A DNA stretch of 64,000 nt, taken from assembly GCF_036588685.1 (NCBI RefSeq), contig NC_086381.1, forward strand, positions 27,776,001 to 27,840,000, written 5' to 3'. Shown one piece after another: positions 35,283-52,372 of the stretch. The position numbers were made by a program, and so were the translations under genes. Each line of letters begins with the position of its first letter. Position 1 is the stretch's first letter. The notes beneath the pieces are model-generated. The model searched no databases and was not told the DNA's origin. It saw nothing but the letters and a program-made list of their open reading frames with translations. The stretch comes from Mytilus trossulus (Eukaryota).

Positions 35283-36908
35283 CTATATATCTGATGAACG
35301 CGGCCCTAAAAGAAATACCACTGAATTTTTGATAGGTTGGACCTGATTGGTTGTTTTCGTCTAAATCGGGGAGGTAACTCTGTAGGAATTCTGTACACTT
35401 TCAATCCACTTCTCTGAAAATATGTGAAAATAAAATATTTCAAACTGTATACAAATAAAAATACAAAGATTATAAGAGATGGACCAAATAACTAATGATC
35501 TCCATCATCAATTAATACTTCTTATATTTTCCAATGTGAAAGAGATTTATTTCCTTTTACTTAAAATACAAGAACATATCACACTGCATACATAAGCAGG
35601 AGTTAACAATGTGCAATTGCAATATAAAAACAATTAGTTTAAAGAAAATCTTTTTATACAGTATTTTTCTTGTTCAAAAGATACAGTTTCAGAGATAGTC
35701 CACTGCAGCTCTGCAGACTTAAGAGAGTAAAAGCAAAACTAATCTACAGCATACCAGTCAGTTATTTAAGCATGGACAGATAGACTTGTAAATAAAAACA
35801 GGTGTGCATGATAATTTTTCTCAAAATCACCTTTACCAGTTTCAATAAAGATGTCCCGGGAAATTCACATTTCAAACATGTTATTATTACATGTATACAA
35901 TCAATGCTCATCTTTTAACAACTAATTAGGAATCTTTCTAAATTTAGCAGCTACTTTATACATGTAGTCATAGGTTTTTGAAATGTACACAGTGCAGCCT
36001 CACTTTTTAAATACCACAATTGGTACATCATTGAATGAATGAATTATTGCGCCTTGTCTATTTTTCTCCACCAATGGGAAAAAAAGATTCATCCGCACAC
36101 ATGTTCACATCATTTATAAGGCACATAGAGCACCCAAAATAGATGCATTTTAAGCACAAAATAAAGGTATTCAAGAAAAAGTTCTTTCTGTAACACACAA
36201 TTGATGGAGACAAAGTTTTCAATGAGAATTTAAGGTGGACTACTTGGACCCGTACCGAAAATATATTTCAGAAATATAAAATAATTGAATCTTCTCATGT
36301 TGTCACAGTAGAATACACAATATGAGTAAAAATTACATACAAAAAGCATCTAAAAAATAAGTGAGAAAATAAGACCGAGAAAAATGCAATTTAGAGAAAA
36401 ATATAACCACAGAAATTAGAAAGAAATACATTTTAATAATTCTGTAATTAGAAGATGGATTGTATTGTTCTTGGAGTATGTTTTTTCTTACCTTTTTTTT
36501 TTTATTTAAATGTATACATGTATGTTAATTTTTTCAGGAGGGTATACCAGAAAATGTATAACATTCTTGTTTTTTCCCGAAGGATTTGGAAGAATTAGAT
36601 AAATAAAAAATATGTATGTCTCTCTCTCTATTTATCCTTTTATTTATTTTCTTTGCATGTTTTGAAATAAGTTTCTCTATATTTTTCTCCTATCAATACA
36701 GTAACCTGACTTGTCTAATCTTAAGTGCAAAAAAAAAAGATAATAAGAAAGAAGAATAAAGAGAGATGTGGAGAGAAAGAAAAATAAAGAAAGATGTGGA
36801 GAGGGGGTTTCAGCTATTTTTGATTTTGATGTACAACATATTCAGACTCTTTTTGGAAAATATTGGTGGCCCTTAAAAGGGCCGTTATTGTATAGAGTAA
36901 AGGTCAGT

Positions 36909-37394
<486 letters not shown>

Positions 37395-38740
37395 CTAGCC
37401 GCAATGTTTGCAAACACGACACTGATTGGCCTTTCGGGGTAATAAAACTCACGTTGATTGGTTGAAATCTCTGTATTATGATTGGACTGATCTGGAAGTT
37501 ACTTTCACAGCTTTCGATCCCTTTTTGGACTGAAGCTAAAGATTGTTCACACCCAAGCTAACAATTGGCACAATTTGTTTCTATTCTGATAGTGTCAGCG
37601 AAAATTTGACATAAGACCAAAAAAAATAATAATCAAGAGTAATGCAGAACTTAATAATAATCTTTATTCAAATAATAAATAATTGTTTAATCAACAGTCT
37701 GACACGAAATTAATAATTGACAGGAAATGTAAATTAAAGAGCAAAATAGAAGAAGAAAAAGAGAAAAAAAAACATCATCCATCCATTTTCATCAATAGCC
37801 AGTGGTATAGAAATGCAGCCGTTTTCTTAGTGTGTGTAGCCAGTTTCTCGTATAGACATGCTTACTATAGTACACAATTGTCACTCGTCTCAGTGTCTTA
37901 AAACAAAGAGAACACTTTTTATCCTCTCTATAGTCTTTGTGTTCTCTCTAGCTATACAGTGTCTGTATTCTCTAGTCTCTGTATCATGTAAAGCCATGAT
38001 ATTCTCTATATAGTATACTGCACGCATACTGGGAAACTTGCACATTGTTGAAGTATTCTTTATTGTTTATATACGAATTTTGCAAATACAAAGGATTTGA
38101 GCTAAAAAATAATCTACACAACTATAAACATACGCATAAGTACTTTGTATAGGAATACAAAATATATATTATATATCTAAGAGAATGTGACAGCAGAAGA
38201 GGAAGAAAAGAATTCACATAGATCACAGTTAGACAGACAACGAACGAACGAACGAACGAACGAACGAACGAACGAACGAACGAACGAACGAACGAATATA
38301 TATTATATAAAAATAAGGTCATAGATTGTAATGTGTGTGCTTATATAGTATAATATATAGGACTGCAACTAAATTTACACCAAAAATATATGCAATATTG
38401 ACCACTAACAACTATGAGTTTTTCTTCCTCTCGTGCTTGCGCATTTTCATCGAATCTACGTTTATATATAGTTGTTTATTTTCTTGGACTTTTATAGGGG
38501 AAAAAAAGAAACTCGTACTGTTCTTCATTTTTTTTCCACATCAAATATTGTTATATATATAATAAGAAAGTAGACATCTGTATGCTGTTTATAAAGAAAA
38601 GGAAAAATAAAGAGATAAAGACAAGAGAAATGGAGGGAGTGAGCTATGTTTGAGATTGCACAACAAAGTCAGATTCTTTTTGAAAAATGTTGGTGGCCCT
38701 GAAAAGGGCCGTTGTAAGTGAAGTTTCTGTAGTGTTGACT

Positions 38741-39124
<384 letters not shown>

Positions 39125-39401
39125 TTAATACGTTGTTTGACTTGAACAAGTATAAACAATGATTACCCCGTTAGGTGGTATTTTACTATTTATACCCGCA
39201 AAACGGATTGAAAGATGTTTCAGTTCTAAACCAATCAAATCATCGCTTCTTCCAGGTAGTTAGGTTGAATGTTAGAAGGTGCTCTCTCCGAAGTTCGCGT
39301 TAAGTAAAAACTTTCAATCCGTTTTGCCGAGTATAAATAGAAATTTTTATTTACGGCCATCATTCACTGATTACATTTCAGAGAGTATACATCTGTCAAA
39401 A

Positions 39402-39776
39402 ATGCCACCAAAAGTTGGAACCAAAGGAGCCAAAAAGGCCGTAACAAAGGCAAAGACTGCCAGACCCGGCGGTGACAAGAAAAGGAGGAGGAAGAGGAGA
39501 GAATCCTATGCCATCTACATCTACAAAGTCTTGAGACAGGTGCACCCAGACACTGGAGTATCCTCAAAGGCTATGTCTATCATGAACAGTTTTGTCAACG
39601 ATATCTTTGAGAGAATCGCTGCAGAAGCTTCCCGTCTCGCTCACTACAACAAGAGATCTACCATCACATCTCGGGAGATCCAGACTGCAGTTCGTCTGCT
39701 CCTACCCGGTGAATTGGCCAAGCACGCTGTCAGTGAAGGTACCAAAGCCGTCACAAAGTACACCAGCAGCAAGTAA
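39402..39776 (+). CDS. H2B: Histone H2B
   Basis: Identical 124-aa ORF. Confidence 0.99.
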   Translation: MPPKVGTKGAKKAVTKAKTARPGGDKKRRRKRRESYAIYIYKVLRQVHPDTGVSSKAMSIMNSFVNDIFERIAAEASRLAHYNKRSTITSREIQTAVRLLLPGELAKHAVSEGTKAVTKYTSSK

Positions 39777-40530
39777 ACAACGAGAAGTTTAACTTCACAA
39801 ACGGCCCTTTTCAGGGCCACCAATATTTTTCAAAAAGAGTCTTATTATTGTTGTACATAACAAACTTCTAAATGAAGCTGTGTCCCACCCCAAAATGACA
39901 AATTTATTTATATCTGAATTCTGTCTTTTTGTCTTTCTTTCTTTCTTTCTTCTTTTCTCTTCTTTATTCTTCATTTTATTAGCCGATTTGAAAAAATATA
40001 CATACACCAGAATTTAACCTTTTCACGGGTTATACATTTCTTCCCTCTTTTTTTGGGGGGGAGGGGGTCTAGAATCGAACTATACTTGAATATGTATTGA
40101 AACATTATATAAAAAAATATCACGAACAGATTAAATTCACACATACGTCGACAGAGAGAAAAAAGGGGGAGGGGGATTGTTTTAGGATATAAAAACAATA
40201 TAACTAGAGTTTGACAATGGAGGAAAAATCAGCAATATATCTTTTACATAAAAGAATACATATGAAATAAAGAATAAAAATGTTATTTACATTCAAAAAT
40301 CAGGAATCATATTGTATCCAAAGCCTTGCTGGTCTTTTTTTAATAGGCTTAAATAAAAATAGTGAAAAGAAATTAAAAAAAATAAACGAATAAAAGAAAA
40401 AGGAAAGTAAAGAAAGTTGGACAGGAGAAAGCTATGGTTTTCTTTTTAAGTACAACAAATGCAGATTCTTTTTGAAAAATGTTGGTGGCCCTGAAAAGGG
40501 CCGTTGTATTTGTATTTTTCAGCTGGCTGT

Positions 40531-40896
<366 letters not shown>

Positions 40897-42523
40897 CTAT
40901 ATATCTGATGAACGCGGCCCTAAAAGAAATACCACTGAATTTTTGATAGGTTGGACCTGATTGGTTGTTTTCGTCTAAATCGGGGAGGTAACTCTGTAGG
41001 AATTCTGTACACTTTCAATCCACTTCTCTGAAAATATGTGAAAATAAAATATTTCAAACTGTATACAAATAAAAATACAAAGATTATAAGAGATGGACCA
41101 AATAACTAATGATCTCCATCATCAATTAATACTTCTTATATTTTCCAATGTGAAAGAGATTTATTTCCTTTTACTTAAAATACAAGAACATATCACACTG
41201 CATACATAAGCAGGAGTTAACAATGTGCAATTGCAATATAAAAACAATTAGTTTAAAGAAAATCTTTTTATACAGTATTTTTCTTGTTCAAAAGATACAG
41301 TTTCAGAGATAGTCCACTGCAGCTCTGCAGACTTAAGAGAGTAAAAGCAAAACTAATCTACAGCATACCAGTCAGTTATTTAAGCATGGACAGATAGACT
41401 TGTAAATAAAAACAGGTGTGCATGATAATTTTTCTCAAAATCACCTTTACCAGTTTCAATAAAGATGTCCCGGGAAATTCACATTTCAAACATGTTATTA
41501 TTACATGTATACAATCAATGCTCATCTTTTAACAACTAATTAGGAATCTTTCTAAATTTAGCAGCTACTTTATACATGTAGTCATAGGTTTTTGAAATGT
41601 ACACAGTGCAGCCTCACTTTTTAAATACCACAATTGGTACATCATTGAATGAATGAATTATTGCGCCTTGTCTATTTTTCTCCACCAATGGGAAAAAAAG
41701 ATTCATCCGCACACATGTTCACATCATTTATAAGGCACATAGAGCACCCAAAATAGATGCATTTTAAGCACAAAATAAAGGTATTCAAGAAAAAGTTCTT
41801 TCTGTAACACACAATTGATGGAGACAAAGTTTTCAATGAGAATTTAAGGTGGACTACTTGGACCCGTACCGAAAATATATTTCAGAAATATAAAATAATT
41901 GAATCTTCTCATGTTGTCACAGTAGAATACACAATATGAGTAAAAATTACATACAAAAAGCATCTAAAAAATAAGTGAGAAAATAAGACCGAGAAAAATG
42001 CAATTTAGAGAAAAATATAACCACAGAAATTAGAAAGAAATACATTTTAATAATTCTGTAATTAGAAGATGGATTGTATTGTTCTTGGAGTATGTTTTTT
42101 CTTACCTTTTTTTTTTTTATTTAAATGTATACATGTATGTTAATTTTTTCAGGAGGGTATACCAGAAAATGTATAACATTCTTGTTTTTTCCCGAAGGAT
42201 TTGGAAGAATTAGATAAATAAAAAATATGTATGTCTCTCTCTCTATTTATCCTTTTATTTATTTTCTTTGCATGTTTTGAAATAAGTTTCTCTATATTTT
42301 TCTCCTATCAATACAGTAACCTGACTTGTCTAATCTTAAGTGCAAAAAAAAAAGATAATAAGAAAGAAGAATAAAGAGAGATGTGGAGAGAAAGAAAAAT
42401 AAAGAAAGATGTGGAGAGGGGGTTTCAGCTATTTTTGATTTTGATGTACAACATATTCAGACTCTTTTTGGAAAATATTGGTGGCCCTTAAAAGGGCCGT
42501 TATTGTATAGAGTAAAGGTCAGT

Positions 42524-43009
<486 letters not shown>

Positions 43010-44355
43010 CTAGCCGCAATGTTTGCAAACACGACACTGATTGGCCTTTCGGGGTAATAAAACTCACGTTGATTGGTTGAAATCTCTGTATTATGATTGG
43101 ACTGATCTGGAAGTTACTTTCACAGCTTTCGATCCCTTTTTGGACTGAAGCTAAAGATTGTTCACCCCCAAGCTAACAATTGGCACAATTTGTTTCTATT
43201 CTGATAGTGTCAGCGAAAATTTGACATAAGACCAAAAAAAATAATAATCAAGAGTAATGCAGAACTTAATAATAATCTTTATTCAAATAATAAATAATTG
43301 TTTAATCAACAGTCTGACACGAAATTAATAATTGACAGGAAATGTAAATTAAAGAGCAAAATAGAAGAAGAAAAAGAGAAAAAAAAACATCATCCATCCA
43401 TTTTCATCAATAGCCAGTGGTATAGAAATGCAGCCGTTTTCTTAGTGTGTGTAGCCAGTTTCTCGTATAGACATGCTTACTATAGTACACAATTGTCACT
43501 CGTCTCAGTGTCTTAAAACAAAGAGAACACTTTTTATCCTCTCTATAGTCTTTGTGTTCTCTCTAGCTATACAGTGTCTGTATTCTCTAGTCTCTGTATC
43601 ATGTAAAGCCATGATATTCTCTATATAGTATACTGCACGCATACTGGGAAACTTGCACATTGTTGAAGTATTCTTTATTGTTTATATACGAATTTTGCAA
43701 ATACAAAGGATTTGAGCTAAAAAATAATCTACACAACTATAAACATACGCATAAGTACTTTGTATAGGAATACAAAATATATATTATATATCTAAGAGAA
43801 TGTGACAGCAGAAGAGGAAGAAAAGAATTCACATAGATCACAGTTAGACAGACAACGAACGAACGAACGAACGAACGAACGAACGAACGAACGAACGAAC
43901 GAACGAACGAATATATATTATATAAAAATAAGGTCATAGATTGTAATGTGTGTGCTTATATAGTATAATATATAGGACTGCAACTAAATTTACACCAAAA
44001 ATATATGCAATATTGACCACTAACAACTATGAGTTTTTCTTCCTCTCGTGCTTGCGCATTTTCATCGAATCTACGTTTATATATAGTTGTTTATTTTCTT
44101 GGACTTTTATAGGGGAAAAAAAGAAACTCGTACTGTTCTTCATTTTTTTTCCACATCAAATATTGTTATATATATAATAAGAAAGTAGACATCTGTATGC
44201 TGTTTATAAAGAAAAGGAAAAATAAAGAGATAAAGACAAGAGAAATGGAGGGAGTGAGCTATGTTTGAGATTGCACAACAAAGTCAGATTCTTTTTGAAA
44301 AATGTTGGTGGCCCTGAAAAGGGCCGTTGTAAGTGAAGTTTCTGTAGTGTTGACT

Positions 44356-44740
<385 letters not shown>

Positions 44741-45016
44741 TTAATACGTTGTTTGACTTGAACAAGTATAAACAATGATTACCCCGTTAGGTGGTATTTT
44801 ACTATTTATACCCGCAAAACGGATTGAAAGATGTTTCAGTTCTAAACCAATCAAATCATCGCTTCTTCCAGGTAGTTAGGTTGAATGTTAGAAGGTGCTC
44901 TCTCCGAAGTTCGCGTTAAGTAAAACTTTCAATCCGTTTTGCCGAGTATAAATAGAAATTTTTATTTACGGCCATCATTCACTGATTACATTTCAGAGAG
45001 TATACATCTGTCAAAA

Positions 45017-45391
45017 ATGCCACCAAAAGTTGGAACCAAAGGAGCCAAAAAGGCCGTAACAAAGGCAAAGACTGCCAGACCCGGCGGTGACAAGAAAAGG
45101 AGGAGGAAGAGGAGAGAATCCTATGCCATCTACATCTACAAAGTCTTGAGACAGGTGCACCCAGACACTGGAGTATCCTCAAAGGCTATGTCTATCATGA
45201 ACAGTTTTGTCAACGATATCTTTGAGAGAATCGCTGCAGAAGCTTCCCGTCTCGCTCACTACAACAAGAGATCTACCATCACATCTCGGGAGATCCAGAC
45301 TGCAGTTCGTCTGCTCCTACCCGGTGAATTGGCCAAGCACGCTGTCAGTGAAGGTACCAAAGCCGTCACAAAGTACACCAGCAGCAAGTAA
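45017..45391 (+). CDS. H2B: Histone H2B
   Basis: Identical 124-aa ORF. Confidence 0.99.
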   Translation: MPPKVGTKGAKKAVTKAKTARPGGDKKRRRKRRESYAIYIYKVLRQVHPDTGVSSKAMSIMNSFVNDIFERIAAEASRLAHYNKRSTITSREIQTAVRLLLPGELAKHAVSEGTKAVTKYTSSK

Positions 45392-46001
45392 ACAACGAGA
45401 AGTTTAACTTCACAAACGGCCCTTTTCAGGGCCACCAATATTTTTCAAAAAGAGTCTTATTATTGTTGTACATAACAAACTTCTAAATGAAGCTGTGTCC
45501 CACCCCAAAATGACAAATTTATTTATATCTGAATTCTGTCTTTTTGTCTTTCTTTCTTTCTTTCTTCTTTTCTCTTCTTTATTCTTCATTTTATTAGCCG
45601 ATTTGAAAAAATATACATACACCAGAATTTAACCTTTTCACGGGTTATACATTTCTTCCCTCTTTTTTTGGGGGGGAGGGGGTCTAGAATCGAACTATAC
45701 TTGAATATGTATTGAAACATTATATAAAAAAATATCACGAACAGATTAAATTCACACATACGTCGACAGAGAGAAAAAAGGGGGAGGGGGATTGTTTTAG
45801 GATATAAAAACAATATAACTAGAGTTTGACAATGGAGGAAAAATCAGCAATATATCTTTTACATAAAAGAATACATATGAAATAAAGAATAAAAATGTTA
45901 TTTACATTCAAAAATCAGGAATCATATTGTATCCAAAGCCTTGCTGGTCTTTTTTTAATAGGCTTAAATAAAAATAGTGAAAAGAAATTAAAAAAAATAA
46001 A

Positions 46002-46101
46002 NNNNNNNNNNNNNNNNNNNNNNNNNNNNNNNNNNNNNNNNNNNNNNNNNNNNNNNNNNNNNNNNNNNNNNNNNNNNNNNNNNNNNNNNNNNNNNNNNNN
46101 N
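46002..46101. other. Assembly gap (100 N)
   Basis: Run of exactly 100 N. Confidence 0.99.
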
Positions 46102-46307
46102 CAGAATAGAAACAAATTGTGCCAATTGTTAGCTTGGGGTGAACAATCATAGCTTCAGTCCAAAAAGGGATCGAAAGCTGTGAAAGTAACTTCCAGATCA
46201 GTCCAATCATAACACAGAGATTTCAACCAATCAACGTGAGTTTTATTACCCCGAAAGGCCAATCAGTGTCGTGTTTGCAAACATTGCGGCTAGCACAAAT
46301 ACACTAA

Positions 46308-46778
<471 letters not shown>

Positions 46779-48271
46779 ACTGACCTTTACTCTATACAAT
46801 AACGGCCCTTTTAAGGGCCACCAATATTTTCCAAAAAGAGTCTGAATATGTTGTACATCAAAATCAAATATAGCTGAAACCCCCTCTCCACATCTTTCTT
46901 TATTCTTCTTTCTCTCCACATCTCTCTTTATTCTTCTTTCTTATTATCTTTTTTTTTTGCACTCACTTAAGATTAGACAAGTCGGGTTACTGTATTGATA
47001 GAAGAAAAATATAGAGAAACTTATTTCATAACATGCAAAGAAGAGAAATAAAAGGATAAATAGAGATAGAGAGACATACATATTTTTTATTTATCTAATT
47101 CTTCCAAATCCTTCGGAAAAAACAAGAATGTTATACATTTTCTGGTATACCCTCCTGAAAAAATTAACATACATGTATACATTTAATAAAAAAAAGGTAA
47201 GAAAAAACATACTCCAAGAACAATACAATCCATCTTCTAATTACAGAATTATTAAAATGTATTTCTTTCTAATTTCTGTGGTTATATTTTTCTCTAAATT
47301 GCATTTTTCTCGGTCTTATTTTCTCACTTATTTTTTAGATGCTTTTTTTATGTATTTTTTACTCATATTGTGTATTCTACTGTGACAACATGAGAAGAAT
47401 CAATTATTTTATATTTCTGAAATATATTTTCGGTACGGGTCCAAGTAGTCCACCTTAAATTCTCATTGAAAACTTTGTCTCCATCAATTGTGTGTTACAG
47501 AAAGAAGTTTTTCTTGAATACCTTTATTTTGTGCTTAAAATGCATCTATTTTGGGTGCTCTATGTGCCTTATAAATGATGTGAACATGTGTGCGGATGAA
47601 TCTTTTTTTCCCATTGGTGGAGAAAAATAGACAAGGCGCAATAATTCATTCATTCAATGATGTACCAATTGTGGTATTTAAAAAGTGAGGCTGCACTGTG
47701 TACATTTCAAAAACCTATGACTACATGTATAAAGTAGCTGCTAAATTTAGAAAGATTCCTAATTAGTTGTTAAAAGATGAGCATTGATTGTATACATGTA
47801 ATAATAACATGTTTGAAATGTGAATTTCCCGGGACATCTTTATTGAAACTGGTAAAGGTGATTTTGAGAAAAATTATCATGCACACCTGTTTTTATTTAC
47901 AAATCTATCTGTCCATGCTTAAATAACTGACTGGTATGCTGTAGTTTAGTTTTTACTCTTTTACTCTCTTAAGTCTGCAGAGTGGACTATCTCTGAAACT
48001 GTATCTTTTGAACAAGAAAAATACTGTATAAAAAGATTTTCTTTAAACTAATTGTTTTTATATTGCAATTGCACATTGTTAACTCCTGCTTATGTATGCA
48101 GTGTGATATGTTCTTGTATTTTAAGTAAAAGGAAATAAATCTCTTTCACATTGGAAAATATAAGAAGTATTAATTGATGATGGAGATCATTAGTTATTTG
48201 GTCCATCTCTTATAATCTTTGTATTTTTATTTGTATACAGTTTGAAATATTTTATTTTCATATATTTTCAG

Positions 48272-48298
48272 AGCTTCAGTCAAAAAGTGGATTGAAAG
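48272..48298 (+). promoter_or_regulatory. Full-length H3/H4-shared upstream element in type B H4 promoter
   Basis: AGCTTCAGTCAAAAAGTGGATTGAAAG, 23/27 ungapped match to H3 upstream 1166-1192. Confidence 0.65.
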
Positions 48299-48413
48299 TG
48301 TACAGAATTCCTACAGAGTTACCTCCCGGATTTAGACGAAAACAACCAATCAGGTCCAACCTATCAAAAATTCAGTGGTATTTCTTTTAGGGCCGCGTTC
48401 ATCAGATATATAG

Positions 48414-48779
<366 letters not shown>

Positions 48780-49361
48780 ACAGCCAGCTGAAAAATACAA
48801 ATACAACGGCCCTTTTCAGGGCCACCAACATATTTCAAAAAGAATCTGCCTTTGTTGTACTTAAAATGAAAACCATAGCTTTCTCCTGTCCAACTTTCTT
48901 TACTTTCCTTTTTCTTTTATTCGTTTATTTTTTTTAATTTCTTTTCACTTTTTTTATTTAAGCCTATTAAAAAAAGACCAGCAAGACTTTGGATACAATA
49001 TGATTCCTGATTTTTTTAATGTAAATAAAATTATTCTTTATTTCATATATATTCTTTTATGTAAAAGATATATTGCTGAATTTTTCTCCATTGTCAAACT
49101 CTAGTTATATTGTTTTTATATCCTAAAACAATCCCCCTCCCCCTTTTTTCTCTCTGTCGACGTATGTGTGAATTTAATCTGTTCGTGATATTTTTTTATA
49201 TAATGTTTCAATACATATTCAAGTATAGTTCGATTCTAGACCCCCTCCCCCCCCCAAAAAAAAGAGGGAAGAAATGTATAACCCGTGAAAAGGTTAAATT
49301 CTGGTGTATGTATATTTTTTCAAATCGGCTAATAAAATGAAGAATAAAGAAGAGAAAAAAA

Positions 49362-49385
49362 GAAAGAAAGAAAGAAAGAAAGAAA
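49362..49385 (+). repeat. (GAAA)n microsatellite in H4-H2B spacer
   Basis: 6 copies here, 7 at ~54957, 6 at ~60556; 4 in type A. Confidence 0.85.
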
Positions 49386-49542
49386 GACAAAAAGACAGAA
49401 TTCAGATATAAACAAATTTGTCATTTTGGGGTGGGACACAGCTTCATTTAGAAGTTTGTTATGTACAACAATAATAAGACTCTTTTTGAAAAATATTGGT
49501 GGCCCTGAAAAGGGCCGTTTGTGAAGTTAAACTTCTCGTTGT

Positions 49543-49917
49543 TTACTTGCTGCTGGTGTACTTTGTGACGGCTTTGGTACCTTCACTGACAGCGTGCTTG
49601 GCCAATTCACCGGGTAAGAGCAGACGAACTGCAGTCTGGATCTCCCGAGATGTGATGGTAGATCTCTTGTTGTAGTGAGCGAGACGGGAAGCTTCTGCAG
49701 CGATTCTCTCAAAGATATCGTTGACAAAACTGTTCATGATAGACATAGCCTTTGAGGATACTCCAGTGTCTGGGTGAACCTGTCTCAAGACTTTGTAGAT
49801 GTAGATGGCATAGGATTCTCTCCTCTTCCTCCTCCTTTTCTTGTCACCGCCGGGTCTGGCAGTCTTTGCCTTTGTTACGGCCTTTTTGGCTCCTTTGGTT
49901 CCAACTTTTGGTGGCAT
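49543..49917 (-). CDS. H2B: Histone H2B (type B unit)
   Basis: Identical protein; synonymous GTG>GTT and CTA>TTA versus type A. Confidence 0.99.
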   Translation of the reverse strand: MPPKVGTKGAKKAVTKAKTARPGGDKKRRRKRRESYAIYIYKVLRQVHPDTGVSSKAMSIMNSFVNDIFERIAAEASRLAHYNKRSTITSREIQTAVRLLLPGELAKHAVSEGTKAVTKYTSSK

Positions 49918-50195
49918 TTTGAAAGATGTATACTCTCTGAAATGTAATCAGTGAATGATGGCCGTTAATAAAAATTTCTATTTATACTCGGCTAAACGGA
50001 TTGAAAGTTTTTACTTAACGCGAACTTCGGAGAGAGCACCCTTCTAACATTCAACCCTAACTACCTGGAAGAAGCGATGATTTGATTGGTTTAGAACTGA
50101 AACATCTTTCAATCCGTTTTGCGGGTATAAATAGTAAAATACCACCTAACTGGATAATCATTGTTTATACTTGTTCAAGTCAAACAACGTATTAA

Positions 50196-50579
<384 letters not shown>

Positions 50580-51907
50580 AGTCAACACTACAGAAACTTC
50601 ACTTACAACGGCCCTTTTCAGGGCCACCAACATTTTTCAAAAAGAATCTGACTTTGTTGTACAATTTAGTTGAATGCAGAAAGCAATCTCAAACATAGCT
50701 CACTCCCTCCATTTCTCTTGTCTTTATCTCTTTATTTTTCCTTTTCTTTATAAACAGCATACAGATGTCTACTTTCTAATTATATATATAACAATATTTG
50801 ATGTGGAAAAAAAATGAAGAACAGTACGAGTTTCTTTTTTTCCCCTATAAAAGTCCAAGAAAATAAACGAACTATATAACGTAGATTCGATGAAAATGCG
50901 CAAGCACGAGAGGAAGAAAAACTCATAGTTGTTAGTGGTCAATGTTGCATATTTTTTTGGTGTAAATTAAGTTGCAGTCCTATATATTATACTATATAAG
51001 CACACACAATACAATCTATGACCTTATTTTTATATAATATATATTCGTTCGTTCGTTGTCTGTCTAACTGTGATCTATGTGAATTCTTTTCTTCCTCTTC
51101 TGCTGTCACATTCTCTTAGATATATAATATATATTTTGTGTTCCTATACAAAGTACTTATGCGTATGTTTATAGTTGTGTAGATTATTTTTTAGCTCAAA
51201 TCCTTTGTATTTGCAAAATTCGTATATAAACAATAAAGAATACTTCAACAATGTGCAAGTTTCACAGTATGCGTGCAGTATACTATATAGAGAATATCAT
51301 GGCTTTACATGATACAGAGACTAGAGAATACAGAGACTGTATAGCTAGAGAGAACACAAAGACTATAGAGAGGATAAAAAGTGTTCTCTTTGTTTTAAGA
51401 CACTGAGACGAGTGACAATTGTGTACTATAGTAAGCATGTCTATACGAGAAACTAAGAAAACGGCTGCATTTCTATACCACTGGCTATTGATGAAAATGG
51501 ATGGATGATGTTTTTTTTCTCTTTTTTCTTCTTCTATTTTGCTCTTTAATTTACATTTCCTGTCAATTATTAATTTCGTGTCAGACTGTTGATTAAACAA
51601 TTATTTATTATTTGAATAAAGATTATTATTAAGTTCTGCATTACTCTTGATTATTATTTTTTTTGGTCTTATGTCAAATTTTCGCTGACACTATCAGAAT
51701 AGAAACAAATTGTGCCAATTGTTAGCTTGGGGTGAACAATCATAGCTTCAGTCCAAAAAGGGATCGAAAGCTGTGAAAGTAACTTCCAGATCAGTCCAAT
51801 CATAACACAGAGATTTCAACCAATCAACGTGAGTTTTATTACCCCGAAAGGCCAATCAGTGTCGTGTTTGCAAACATTGCGGCTAGCACAAATACACTAA
51901 CATTTGA

Positions 51908-52372
<465 letters not shown>

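Noticed and set aside
45895-46210. ORFs spanning the N runs (also 18438-18878)
   Set aside because: Artefacts of translating through assembly gaps
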